Position numbers and translations under genes: made by a program. Shown one piece after another: positions 1-13,400 of a DNA stretch of 64,000 nt. The stretch spans positions 790,234-854,233 of the forward strand of contig MU058669.1 in the NCBI GenBank assembly GCA_013265495.1. The letters run 5' to 3'. The DNA is from Vicugna vicugna (lineage: Eukaryota). How positions within the stretch are numbered: the first letter of the stretch is position 1; each line of letters opens with the position of its first letter. The notes beneath the pieces are model-generated. The model worked only from the letters and a program-made list of their open reading frames with translations. It was not told where the DNA came from and ran no database searches.

Positions 1-357
1 TGTGGAATCTAAAAAACAAAAACAAACAAACAAACAAAAACAAAGCATAAATACAGGACAGAAATGGACTCATGGACAGAGAATACAGACTTGTGGTTAC
101 CGGAGGGGCGGGGTAGAGGGTGGGAAGGGATAGACTGGGATTTCAAAATTGTAGAACAGAGAAACAAGATTACACTGTATAGCACAGGGAAATATACACA
201 AAATGTTATGATAAATCACAGGGAAAAAAATGTGACATGTATGACTGAAAAATTGTGCTGAACACCGGAATTTGACACAACACTGTAAAATGATTATGAA
301 TCAATAAAAATGTAAAAAAAAATAAAATTATGAAAGAAAAGATGGAAAAAAAAAAGA
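1..357 (+). mobile_element. LINE-1 3' end (relatively young, artiodactyl type), truncated by the window edge
   Basis: L1 3'UTR hallmarks (tgtggaatctaaaaaa, G-rich tract, tatagcacagggaa), AATAAA at 303-308 and an A-rich tail. Confidence 0.85.
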
Positions 358-1039
358 AAACTGAGATTGGAATGATAGAAATGTCGGAGGCCTTTATCAA
401 AGAGTAGATTGATTTAAATACCATACTCCCACGATGCAGTCAGACCACAATTTAATTAGCCGAAATTTGATTGTTCATACAGCTTTCTAGGAATGTCTCT
501 ATCTCAGAGTAAAGTCCATTTGTATTATTATCACTTCATTTTAATTGATATTTACAGAAAATAAATAAGTTGGTGTCATATGAATAAACTCTGTTGTCTG
601 CTCTTTATCCAGTAATGAAGTGGCAGTAGCCAGCCTAGGTAACACAATATGATATATAATTTCTATAGTAATTCGCACGGTTTATGTCAGTGTCTCGCAA
701 ATACTGCTCCCCTAAGTTTCATTGGTCTTCCAAAATAAAACAGTGATCGTGGCAAATTCAGATTACAGAGCCAAGTTAGGCCCATTCACTGGGAGCTCTC
801 CATAGTCCTGGGGTCCGTAATGGTATCCACAAGGTCTACTGACTTGAGTCCTATGGTGTGGATTCCTTTGGCTTCTGCTTCAGATTATTCACACTCTGTA
901 TGGCATGTCACAATCAAGGCAACCCTGCATATGTTTTTGTTTTCTTATCGGGAAATTTAGTGACTCTGCTGGACTTTCATGAGTGCCGTATACAAACACA
1001 GAACATTACAGCATGACTGCCATGCACCAAGTCCCTCTG

Positions 1040-1560
1040 CTGGAAACTGTGATATAGAGATGAGTGAAAATTGGGCTCTGCTCTTAGGGAGCTCACATTC
1101 CAGTGGAGGGAAAGAGAGGGATTGTAGAATCATAGGTAATGTCCTAAGAATTAACGAAAATGTGTGAAAAATACATGGGAATTCTGAGCTAAGAGCTAGG
1201 GACTGTCCTAGCAGGTAGAGTGGAGGGGGTCAGGAGAGACTTCCCTGAGAAAGTGATATTTGAGCTGGATTGTAGCGAATGAGTCCACTAGACTGAGAAA
1301 GGGTGGGATGGACTCTCCAGGCAAAGGTACAGTGAGGTGAAAACTTAAAGAGGGTCCAAGAGTTTGGAATGGAACAGAACATAAGAGAGACCAAATTATA
1401 GGGGAGGGAGAGGGAGAAGAATATAGAGGTTAGAAAATGAGGGGCCGGATTTTAAAGGGCTTTGAAGGCCCCATTAATAGGCTTAGGCTTTATCTTACAG
1501 TGCTGGGGAAGAATGGATAGAGTCTGATAGGTTAAAAGGCTAGATTTGAAGTGTGCAGAG
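1040..1560 (-). mobile_element. LINE-2 fragment (degenerate)
   Basis: L2 3'-region-like motifs (ggagctcacattccagtgg, ggtcaggagagacttccctgagaaagtgatatttgagctg). Confidence 0.6.
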
Positions 1561-2333
1561 TGAACTCTAGGGCGAGAGCCTGGAAGGAAGGAGAACTTCT
1601 CTCTTGAACCTTGTCTCTAGACACATCTGACCTCATGACTGATAAAGCCTTATGTGCTAGCTACCTGAGTTCTAAACCTTCACGTGGAGAAAGCTGGCTG
1701 CAGCGCTCTGCTGACTTGACTGAGTCAGAACGATCGCTGTCTGACATAAAGAAAGAGAACAGATCACACTGTAGAAATCTGGGTGGTATTTATTCATCAG
1801 TCCCACCTCCCTCCTAACTGTCTAGAAGGAAGTCTCGGACCTTCTGAGCTTTCCCTTGGATTAATGCAACAGTATGCTGCCTACTGCTTTTCTGCCTGGC
1901 TTGTTTTCTGCCATCAGGTTAAGCATTTTAAAGGAAAACTTTGAGGCCATGACTCTCCTCTTTATAAATCTCCTGATTTATTCTTTATTTCCTGCATAAT
2001 ATTCAGTCCTTTGCCTGGTTTCTAAAACCCTTTGTAATTTAATGCTACTTTTCTGTCTGTTTCACAGCCTACACCTTTCCATCATGCCTCCTTCATCAGA
2101 CTATGATGATTCCTAGCTCTTGTCTTTATGTCCACACTGTTGAACTTTTCTCATGTGTACCCATATGAAAATGCATTGATAAATAAGTGCACATCACAAG
2201 CACTATTTATTTAAACATCTATTCATTTACTCCTTCACTTAACATTATTCTTCAAGGCTCTGTGGTAGGTGCTGGAGTTATAGTGGTGGGCAAGACAATG
2301 AGACCCTTATTCTCATGGAGCTTAGGGTCCGCC

Positions 2334-2503
2334 TAGAGCTTTACTCCTCAAAATGCAGTCCTTGGAGCCCTGGCTTCATCTGGCAGTTTGTCAGAAATGG
2401 ACGCTCTTAGCCCCAACTCCAGACCTACCGGATTCAAACTTCATTTTAACAAGGACCCTAGATAATTTTTATGCACAAAGGAATTTCAGAAGCAATGGTC
2501 TAG
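2334..2503 (+). mobile_element. MER5A-like hAT-Charlie MITE inserted in an L2 remnant
   Basis: Internal motifs gtttgtcagaaatg, ccagaccta, ttttaacaag; CTAG target-like flanks. Confidence 0.7.
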
Positions 2504-3739
2504 GAGACAGGAACTGAACAAGCAGCTGTAACAATAGCATATAGACTGCTATGATGCTGGAGGGGCAGGGATAAGGGAGTCACACCACATTGATGAATTT
2601 TCAGTTGTTTAACGAGTACTTTTTTCCCACTGAATTAAGTAAGAAATAATGGTGTGAGTGTGTGGCGACCACATGTTATTCTCCTTCAGAATCTCCCACT
2701 GACCTAGCTCAGTCCTGAGTCCACGCTGGGTAACTGACACATACTTTTGCTAACACTGATTGATTGGATTGTTTACAGAAGTACTCAGACAAATTTGAGG
2801 ATTTTGGAGGTTTCAGCAAATGATGGAATTGTTCAGTTTTTGCCAGTACAGTTTTGATTTATTGAGTGTGGGGGGTTTTGTTTTGCTGAAACAGAAAATG
2901 AGCATTGTTTATCCTTTTCAAAGCTGCAGCGTTTCACCATGGTTGACATAAACAAGGGTGGGAATTTGACAAGATGAAATGGAACGAAATTTTGCACAGG
3001 ACTGTTTTTGCTCTTTAGTTCAAGGCTGTGGATAAGTTTGCTTTTCCTCTAAGTTAGTTTTGTTTTTATCATGTATGGAGAGCAAGGTGATTCACAGCTG
3101 GGTCAATACTCCTAGTTTAACTGCCCCAAACATCTGTTACTTAGCAATACCCTTAGACTCAACTGGAGCAAAGCATAATACCTGAAAAAAATCCACATGT
3201 TGTGCTTTGTCATCTCTCTCATGCTGTGCCAGCACAAGGCACTGCTTTCTTCACACATTGAGTTGAGACTCAGGGTTAATAAAAGCAACCATGTTTTGAG
3301 TGCACAACAAATTCTTCTCTGTTCCCCACTACCTTCTACCTCATTAGAAATCATTAGAAATAGAAAAGGTTAATTTAAGTGGAAGAGAATCCTTCTCTGC
3401 CTTTTCTCTGGTAATATCTAGAGTTTTACATGCTCCACATTTGGGTGCTAAAGGATGCCTTTTCTTCTCATGCTTGTCCTGAGCTTTAAGCATCACTTTT
3501 AGGTATTTTGAAACACTGTCCAGAAAGTCACTGACAGAGTCTCAGCTATTGATTTGTCCGAGAGCTTTGAGAAAACCGCTAATCATTGGTGCTCCCACAG
3601 AATCATAGCATGTCACAGTTAGAAAAAAACTACAGACATGACCTCAACAAGATTCCCTTTGACACCACATTCCCACACTTGATGAGTCATCCAACCTCTG
3701 TTCAGCGCCCTCAGCAGGCTTCTCCAGACATCTGGTTTC

Positions 3740-5400
3740 TAGTTATCAAGATATGTTAAAGCTATAGTAATTAAGACAGGGTGGTATCAAGCATAGGCAA
3801 GTATATCAACAAAAGAGAATCAAGAGTCCAGAAACAGACCTACTTGCATTTGGTGATCTATGAGAGAGGAGCGTGCAGTGGGGAAAAGGATGGACTTCTC
3901 AATAAATCATGCTAGTTCAGTAGGATATCCATGTGCAAAAAAAAAAAAAATTGACCTTGCACGTTGCACATTCCCAAAGACACATAGAACTAAATGTGAG
4001 AGGTAAAATTTTAGAAGATATCATGGAAGAATACCTTTATATCTTTGAGGTAGCCAAAGACCTCTTGAGCAAGACACAAAGAGTACTAGCTATAAAGGAA
4101 AAACCTTGCTAAGCGAATCACATTGAAGTTATGTATTTCTCTTCTTCATACAACACTGTAGAGATAGTGAAAAGAGAAGCCATCAAATAGAAGATGTTGA
4201 TATAACAGATATCTGAGAAAGGACATATGTCAAGGATATATAATGCTTGCACAACAATAAGAAAAAGACAATGGAAAAATGGGCAGGAGATTTACAAAGG
4301 TATTTCATGAAAGAGGCTGTACAAATGGCTAAGAAACAAAAAGGTACTAGTCATCAGGTAAATACAAATTAAAGCCACAATGTGATATTATAATATGCCC
4401 ACTTGCTCAAGTGGAAAAGGCAGATGTGAAGCAACTGGAACTCATTTGCATTGCTGATAAGAGTATAAATTTGTTCTCAGAAAAATAATTTGGTGCAACC
4501 TATAAAAGGAAATTATAAATAATGTGGCCTAGGAATTCCCCTCCTAGGTATATACCCAAGAGAAATTCAAGTATGCTCATCAAAAGACTTTTATAAGAAT
4601 GTTTATAGTGCTGTTTTCTATAACGGCCTCACACTAGGAGCAACCAAAGTATAAAGACAGTCCACTTCTGGATTTATTTATGGATAAATAAACTGTGGTA
4701 AATCCACAAAATGGAATACTACGTAACAGTGAGAATGAATGGAGTACAGCTACATGTGATAATCTCACAACATAATATCGAGCAAAACCAGCCAGACACA
4801 AAACAGTACATATTGTATGATTCCACTCTGAGATTCAAAGACAGCTCAGTTAGTAGAATTAATCTATGACGTCAGAAGCCAGGATAGTGGTTAGTCTTGT
4901 AGGGAGAAGTGAGTAGGAGGGAGGTGATGCCTGAGGTTCTGGTGGTATTCGATTTCTTTCTTTTTTCTTTTTTCAATTGAACTATAGTCAGTTACAATGT
5001 GTCAATTTCTGGTGTACAGCACAATGTCCCAGTCATGTATATACATACATATATTCATTTTCATATTCTTTTTCCTTAAAGGTTGTTATAAAATATTGAA
5101 TATAGTTCCCTGTGCTATATGGAAGAAATTTGTTTTTTAAATCTATTTTTATATATAGTAGTTAACATTTGCAAATCTCAAACTCTCAAATTTATCCTTT
5201 CCCAATCCCTCTCCCCTGGTAACCAAAAGATTGTTTACTATGTCTGTGAGTCTGTTTCTGTTTTACAGATGAGTTCATTAATGTCCTACAAATCCTTAAT
5301 TTGAGTTCTGATTATATTACTTTATGAAAACTAATTCAGTGGTATAGTTGAGATTTATGCACTTATGTGTTACACTTCAACAAAATTTAAAAAATTAAAT
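3740..5400 (+). mobile_element. Old L1M (L1ME/L1MC-like) ORF2 3' end and 3'UTR, interrupted at about 4955-5290
   Basis: aaagctatagtaattaagacag, gagtccagaaacagacc, ctcctaggtatatacccaagagaaat, atggataaataaactgtgg; the element resumes after 5290 and ends in an A-rich tract. Confidence 0.8.
4955..5290 (-). mobile_element. Younger LINE-1 3' end in antisense, nested in the old L1M
   Basis: T-rich tail at about 4955-4975; reverse complement contains tatagcacagggaactata and ttgtgctgtacaccagaaattgacaca, homologous to 175-300. Confidence 0.85.
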
Positions 5401-6934
5401 CAATTGTGTGTCAAAGGGGGAAGATATGAAGAAAACCATTTTCTAGTTAAAAATCTTTCTTTGTTCAGAATATAAAATTTAAGAAGGAAGAATCCATTGG
5501 CTGAAAAAGAGGTTGAAGTGAAAAAAAATATTATGAGTCTTCTCTGTAGAAGTATGAAAGTTCTTTTCCCCTCTTTGAGTTTTGATGTAGTAGCTGTGGG
5601 GAAATGTAAGAGCCACTGGCTTTGTGGGGAGGCCTGACAGATTTGCTTCTGGTTTAATGATGTGCTTGCCTTTTTTCCCTCTCCAGCCACATGGATAGAT
5701 GAAGACTGACCTTCTACTTAACATCCATCTCTCCCTTTTGGGTCACCCGCGGATGGTACTTGGTGCTCAAGATACACCTGAGCTTGGTAAGTTCATTGCT
5801 GCTTGTGTGTTAGTCTTATCTTCCCAATTAGATTACAAACACCATGTAAGTCAAGACTTGGTGTTTCTTATTTCTGTGTATTCTCCACCATACTAAGGAG
5901 AGAACTGATCACGGGGACTCAGCAAACATTTTCCATTGTAGAAAGTCAGCTCATTCAGTCTGGGACTCTGAGATGTGAGAAGGGAAGTCACTTGCCCAAG
6001 GTCACTTGGCCACAGTTATGTCTTGTCTGGCCAGGACCCCACATGGCCTTGGTGAGGAGAAACAAACCACGTCCCTTCTTGTTCTGTTGCCTTTGCCTTT
6101 ACTTCTCAGTGCAGAGGTGTAACGCACAGCAACTCGATTTTGCAAATTCTGATTGTGCTGCTTGCTGACTCACTGAGCAGACACCGCCTAAGTGTGGGGA
6201 CCCTTGGCGCAGCAGAGCAGAAACAATATGTGTGGTCTCAAAAAGGCAAAGACAGTGAGTGAGCTGGCTCATGTCAGCGTTTGGACCTGCAAAAGAACAC
6301 GTTAAGCTCCGGTGCACCTCCTGTCCCTTTACGTCTACCTCCAGGGGTGATGATGAAGTTCAAGGCTTTACATACCCTGAAGGGCGCTGAAAACTCAGCT
6401 TTGAAAAATTGCTCATTGTTGGTTAAGGGTCACCTGATTTATGTTCAGCAAAAAGGCCTCATCCAAGTCTGGATCATAAAATGCTCAGTGTCAATTTAGC
6501 CCACTGTGTGAACTCTCTCAGTGCTGGTTTCCCGACATATAAGCATGAGATAATTAGACAAGAAACTACCTGACTTTCAAGGTTCTGTTCTGTAGATTCA
6601 TTAGGGCTCTAGTCTATATAGATTCATTAACTTAAACAATTACTGGCATCTCTTACAGACACAAAATACTAATAAGCTCTGACCGTAAGTGTCATATATA
6701 TGTATATATACGCCTCTACTGGGGAGAGAGCGAAAGAGGAAGGGAGGGAGGTAGACAGGGAGATGGAGTGCGGGGAAGAGGGGGGAGAGCGAGAGAAAAA
6801 GAGAATATGAATGACTATGTGTCTTTTATTGAGCACTTATATGTCAGGCAGCATGCTGAGTATTTTAAATTCCTTATCTTATTTAACCTTTACAATGATT
6901 CCAAAAAAGTATTACCATCACTTTATATATAAAG

Positions 6935-7474
6935 TGTGGCTGATTGTTTTTTTCCAAATACCACCATAACCTCTCCCATCCCATGTGTTCTCCTTACAAT
7001 CTGATGTTGACCCTTGTCCTGCTGTAGAGTGTGTATTCCTTCCCTTTCGATATGGCTGCACTGGTGACTGTGGCAGGTCACACTGTGTGACTTCTCAGGG
7101 CAGGTCATGAAAGGTGATGCAGCTTCTGCCTGCTTCCCTTGGGTCCCTTGTTCTTGGAATCTGGCCATCGTGCTGCGAGGAAGCCCACATGGATCATGGA
7201 GAGGGCGTATGCAGGTGGTCAGGACAACAGACCCGACTGCCAGGCGTGTGAGTGAGCGAGCCTTCAGAGGGTTCCATCCCCCAGCTGTCAAGTCATCTGC
7301 AGCATTTTAGTTTTTCCATCTGAGGTCCCAGACGTCTCTAAGTAGGGACAAGCCGTCCCACTTTGCCCCTTTCCAAGGTTTCTGACCCAGGGAATCTCTG
7401 AGCATAATAAAAAAAAAGGCTGTTGTGTTATGCTACAAGTTCAGGGTGGCTTGTTATGCAGTGATAGTGACACA
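6935..7474 (+). mobile_element. MaLR solo LTR (MLT1H/I-like) inserted into a MIR
   Basis: TG...CA ends, AATAAA near 7406, MLT1 3' motif ttgttatgcag; MIR halves on both sides (about 6825-6934 and 7475-7565). Confidence 0.75.
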
Positions 7475-10400
7475 GGCTCTGAGTTGCAAAGCTAGCTGCC
7501 CAGGGTCACATAGCAAATTAGTGTAAGAAGTAGAATTAAACCCAGGTCTAACTCCAGAGCTCTATTACTCTGTTGAAAAAGCCTTACGTATTTTCAAAAG
7601 TCTTGCAAAACCAGTATCTGTCACTCCAGGATACAGAGGAAACCATCATAATGCCAACTGCTAAGAAACAAAATGAGGTGCCCAGGAGGTCAGGAGGGGA
7701 CTGGTGGACAGTGTGGTTTGGCAGGCAGAGTCACCACCCAGGTGGTGAGTTTTGCCAAGGAAGCAGGCATGGAACTTGGATCCAGTTCCTGTTCAGGCTT
7801 GAGCTGTGGAATAACCCTGGGCTGGAGTGAGTGATGCTGCCAATATCCTAGAGTCATAACACTGCGCCTGGCAGCCTTCCCCCTTCTCGTGGGAACAGCC
7901 TCCAGACTTCCCTCTGGCCGGTGCTGGGCCAGGAGCACAGCCAGATAAAAAGATGCACGTCAGTGAGTCTCTGAAAGCTCTCAGCAGAGAATAAATGGTT
8001 GGTGGGACGCCAGGGACAAAGCAGAAAGGAAGTAAACAGATAACTCAAAAGAAGGGAAAGAAAAGTTAAGATTTTTTCGAACCCCTGGTGTATGCTAGGC
8101 ACAAGGCAACATGCGTTAGCCTCTGTTTGCTCATGTATAATTACAAGAATCCTATGATATTGGTATTCATGGCCCTCTTTTTAAAGCTGAGGAAACAGGC
8201 TTGGCGGTTAAGTTACTGGCTCAAGTCTTACAGCTCGTAACTGGTGGGGTATGATCCAAACCCAGGACTGTGTGATTAATGGTACACTTGGTCTCAAAAC
8301 ACAATCATCTCTCCTTCTTTGCTTGGGCTCCCCACCACCAGCCACCTTACCTGGGGCTCCTTCTGTAAGTCTAGCTTTCTCCCTTGGGACCAGCCCACGT
8401 CTCTCCTTTTCTTCTAAGCTAGCCCTGGTCTGTGATCTTTCTCTCTATTCTACCTGTTGACTATAAATCCTGCGCTTGGGAATTATTCAAATACACATTC
8501 TGCTTTATTATCTCCCTTTTTTTCTTGTATATCTTGGTTCTTGCAAAGTCAGAGGTCTAGTCTCATGGGGTTTTGTTTATTTTGTTTTTGTTTTTTGTTT
8601 TCTTTTTCACATCTGCCATAATGCTTAGCATTGTACCTAAGGCAAGGTTTATATCCTAGATGGTACTCAACTGAAACATTTGATTGATTAATCCTCTCTT
8701 GTGTCTGTAGAAATAGAAACCTCTAGTAACTGGAAACAAAGCAAAATCAACTCCCTCCTCATTTTCTCTCCCTGTTCTCAGAATGGGTCCCTACACAGAG
8801 GACAGGGCATGAAAGAGAAGATGAATACCAGGTGAGCGCCCAGCCAGACTTCCACAGAAGGGAAGGCATCTTTCTGCCTGACAGCTCCTTCTGTCTGCCG
8901 CTCAGGAGATAGATAACCTGGCAGCAACAGTGGCAGGGACTCCTCAAGTGCCAGGATCTTCTCAATTCCAGAAATTAGACCCTGGTTGATATGGGTCTAT
9001 CCATGGTAGACCAAGTCTTAATACCGATCAGTAAGATGCTCCAAGGGGAGTAGGGAGTTACTTCCTGGTGGCAAGCAAAGGACTGGCCCAACATCGCCCG
9101 TTTTAGACCCTGTGTTTCTTAGGGGAGACTCTAATGGCTACACATCAGGATATAGGACCCCAGAAGTCATGATACTGAATGTGAGCCCTGAACCCTTGGC
9201 TAATGAGTACCTAGGGATGACCTAGATGGACAGGTCCCATGGCTCAACACGTGCCTGCCTCAGTGCCTTTGCTCTCGGCGATCCCCCACCACAGATTTTT
9301 CTCTTCATTTCTCTTTTCTTTTGTAGAAAATCCTATCTCATCTTTCAAGCCACAGTCCAGTGCTTCCCAGAGGTCTCTTTTCACTGCAACCCACACTAAT
9401 ATTTCCTTTATCAGAAAAAAACCTACCATCAACTCTGCGTACCACAGCGTTTAGCCCTCAGTTACTTATTACCCCCAGTGTTACAGAGAGGCAGCATGGT
9501 GCAGTGAGAAGAGCCTATAATTTGGGATCAGTGGGACCAGAACCCATTATTTCCTTGCTATGCAATCCTGAAAATCTTTACGAAGTGGCACAGGCATCCT
9601 TGTTCCTCTGCCTTATCAGCTGCATTGTGTCCCAGTGGATGACGAGCCATCACTTCTTTCAGCTAAAGGTCAGTGGGCTCCTGCCATTTTTTTTTTAGAG
9701 TAACAGTGAAATGAAAATCCTTAAACATAAATCTTGCTACATTTGCACAACCATTTCTGTAGGATATATGTGTAGAGTCCAGAAGGACCATAATTTTAAG
9801 ACCTTTTGTCATCCTTTTTACCTCCTTTCCCCCTCCATTCACATCAAAAGCACTAGTTAAAAACATGCCCTCTCCAGCTTTTGGCTCTGTGGAATCCCAC
9901 CCACAGCTGAAACCCAGAGGCTGGCCTCTCCACAGTGGCACCAGTTACATCTTTGCTCATGTCTTTGTTTGGCCATCTCCCTCACCCAACTGGCCGTATT
10001 TCATTCACTCTGGGTGGGGCAGAATGCATCCCTAAGGGTCTACCTCTATTTTCCCCAGGAGATGGTTTTTAAAGACAAAGAGACTGTCAGGAATAATAAT
10101 GGAAGAAAACCCAAAGCAGAAAAAGTCCATTAAAAAAAGTTAGGGAACCCTACAGAAGAAAAAGGATGACTTTAAAAAAAATGAATTCTAACAATCCGCA
10201 GGGATCCCTAAGAGACCTGCAGAAGATTTCTGGTCTTTGAAGACAAAGGCATGTCAAAGATAGATCGTGAGTCTTTAAATCCAACAGACCCAGGTTATAA
10301 TCCCAGCTGTGCTGGGTAACTAAGAACAAGAGAGTTAATTGCTCCGAGCCTCAGTTTTCTCATCTCTAAAATGGTGTTGATGTCCCTGAGCAGAGGTTGG

Positions 10401-13400
10401 TGTGATGATTACAGGCAACATGATTCGACACTTACTAGACTGCCTGATAAGTAGTAGGTGCCACAAACAAAAGCAATATTACTACTACTTTCCCAGCAAA
10501 GAGATTAGAACATTCCTGAAAAGCGGAATAACTGGCAACACTAAGGTAACAGGGAACTTTATTTTCTGGGTTTGTCTGTTAACTTCCTATTTTCCAGTTC
10601 TTCCTGCTTTTCCTCCAAATCCATTGAAAGACCAGGACTGAGTTGCCCCATGTGACACAGTTAGTGACAGCCAGACACTCTCTGAGTTTGCTTTTTCTCC
10701 ATTAAATGAACAACATGACATGGTCCTTACAAGGCTACTCGTGAAAATGTGTGTATTCACTCAACAAACATGTATTGAGTATTTAGAACACACGACACCC
10801 CGTGTCAGGTTTTGGACGAGTGGCAGAGCTGAGTTTGCTAGGATGCGTTTTGGTAAGCAACAGAAATGGGCAACAGTAGCTCGGGGTTGGAGACACAAGA
10901 TGCCCTCAGAGAGGTTCACATGGCAGTGGCCACAGCAACAGCAAGGTCAACACCATCTACTGTTTGTGTGTCAGCCCTGTGCGAAGGGAGAGCACTCCAT
11001 GCGTTATGTCACACTCAAAATAACCCTTTGAAGTAGGTGTTCTTCTTATTTCCATCTTCCAAAAGAAGAAACTGAGGTGCAGAGACGTTAATTTCCCACG
11101 TGCACACAGCCCATTAAGCAGCAGAAGGAGGATTCAACTGCGGGCAGCCCCATTCCAGAATTCAGGCTCTAACTGTTCCTGCAAAGCCGAGCCTCAGGGG
11201 AGGGAGTGCATGGGGCTGGGAGGGGAGTGGTGAGAAGGAGAAAGATGGGAGATGGCCCTCCACATAAAGGGAGTGAGTGGAGTATGGATGTAGCCTGGGC
11301 CTGGGCAAATGGAAGGAGGCACAACGTGGCTTGGCTAGAGCCCTGGCTGAGTCTGGGAATCAAAGGGACACTAGTCTGGGGCTGGGGCCATACTAGGCAC
11401 CATGTTGCTCCCATTTTGAAGAGGGAAAAGTGAGACAGAGGGTGGGCTAAGAGACTGAGCTGCTTTCTAAGATCTTCACCACCTCCTCCAACCCAGGGGC
11501 CCGCCCCCTGTGACACAGCTGCTCTGTGTCCCCCCTTGGGATGGGCTGCCTTCAGCTCCCAGCAGGTGCTGTGCCTCTCTCTTTCAAGGCCTATCCCACC
11601 AGATACACATGGTGACTGTTGTCACATAGGTTTGTCGTTTCTGTGTCAGTGGAACACATTTATTTTCTGCTAGCTACCTTGGACTTCATTCACCTCTGAT
11701 CTCTTTTGAATACAGCTAGGGTAAAAGTATTCATTCGCCACCGTTGGGTGGTGGTACTTAACTCATACTCAAAACCATCAGGCTCGCCATGGGACTCTGA
11801 GCGTACCTACTCCATCAATTCAATTAATTACGCTTTCGTTTTCCGCTTTTTTAGAACTCAGTAGTTCTTTCCAGATGAACAATTGGTCTCTGGATCTCAG
11901 ATGCTATATTTCCGGAGAGGGTTTAAAAAGAAACAGGGGGTTCTCTCCAGGAAATGTAGATCCTAGGAAGATGTAGGCGGGCCTTTCTGGATATAGAGCT
12001 AGGGGGAGCATCTTTCTTTCAGCGCAGCCCTATTCAAGGCCTGGATTTTCCAGGGTATGTGAAAGGAAAGAAAAACATAGTAATCAGATTTTATCCTTGG
12101 AACCAAAAATGGTGGCTGGGGTGAGGGAGGAGAATTCCTTTTTAAAAATAGGTAAATATGATATACCAAGTATGTCTAACTGCGTTAAAGATACAGTGGT
12201 CTTTTATATTCTCCATCCTTCTTCCTGGGGTCCCCAGCTGATGCTCCACAAGCTGAATCTAGGTGTGCTTTAGTTTCACCTGCACAGAGTTTCCCTGGCA
12301 GTGACTGTCTGGGACCAAGTGGGAGCTGCCCCTTTTTAGCTGACATATGCATGCCAAGTTCATCACAGCCCCCAGTGGACCCAGTTTTTGTGTGACTGAA
12401 CTTACATTGATTATCTGTGTGACCTTGTCTATGTCCCTTCCCCTCCTTGTAAGCCAGAATCTTCACCTACCAAATTGGGATAGGGGTGTTGATTACATTT
12501 CATTTTGTGTATTGCCTGCCTCCTGTCACCAGAAGGTAAGCTCTAGGAGGGCAGGGATTTTTGTCTGCTTTGTTCAGTGATGTCTCCCATAGCACCTTGA
12601 ACCATGCCTGCCATACAGCAGGTGCTAAAGGAGAGAATAAATGTTCCTGAACCAATCCCTTTCGTCTCTGTGAAACACCGTCTGAATATTTGTCTATTGT
12701 GATTTTGAAGGAAAAAAAATGTCTCCTTCAATTAAACTGTTCATGCCCTGGACTTTCACAGCAATCTAGAGAGAAGGGAGAGCAGTTTGACTTCTCCCTG
12801 GCTGATGGCCAGAACTCCTGGCTGAGAGGCAGAAAGTGATGCTTTTCATTTGTGTGTCCAGCAAAGCTTTTATCCTCCTGACTCTGCCTTCATTTTAATA
12901 CTTTGTGTGGTTTGTGGAGGCTCTGAAACTTCTACTCCTGTGCTTGTCCAATGGTCTGTGAAACTGCGCAGTATCAGAGCCTGGCCTTGGGTCTCACCAT
13001 CAGAGGGTTAAAGTTGAAAAGGAAGGAGGCATTGAGCTGGAGTCCCCCAGGGATGGGACCCTTCATGGTCCCTGCACAGGTCACACCTGTCACAGCTGCG
13101 TTACCTGCTAACGGCCAGGGAAACGCAATCAGGGGGGATGTAGTCTGGTGCATCCTCTATGAGCTCCTCCTGGTGGCCTGGCCTGCAGAGGGAGCAGGCT
13201 CACTGGCTAAGCCTTTGCCTCCAGTGGCCACACCCAGGGCCTCTGTCCCCTGGCAGGTAACACACCACAAGGCAGTGAGCAGGCCGACCCTGGGCTCACT
13301 CAGTATTTATGGGTGTTGATTGGCATGATTTCTGGCTGGCCCCTAGATCTTATGTCTCATACTTCCAAACTGCCTTCCCTGCACAGCATCCTAGTTCGAT

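Noticed and set aside
6347..6392. TGATGA...CTGA box C/D-like arrangement
   Set aside because: Too short, no terminal stem, and on the strand opposite the host transcript.
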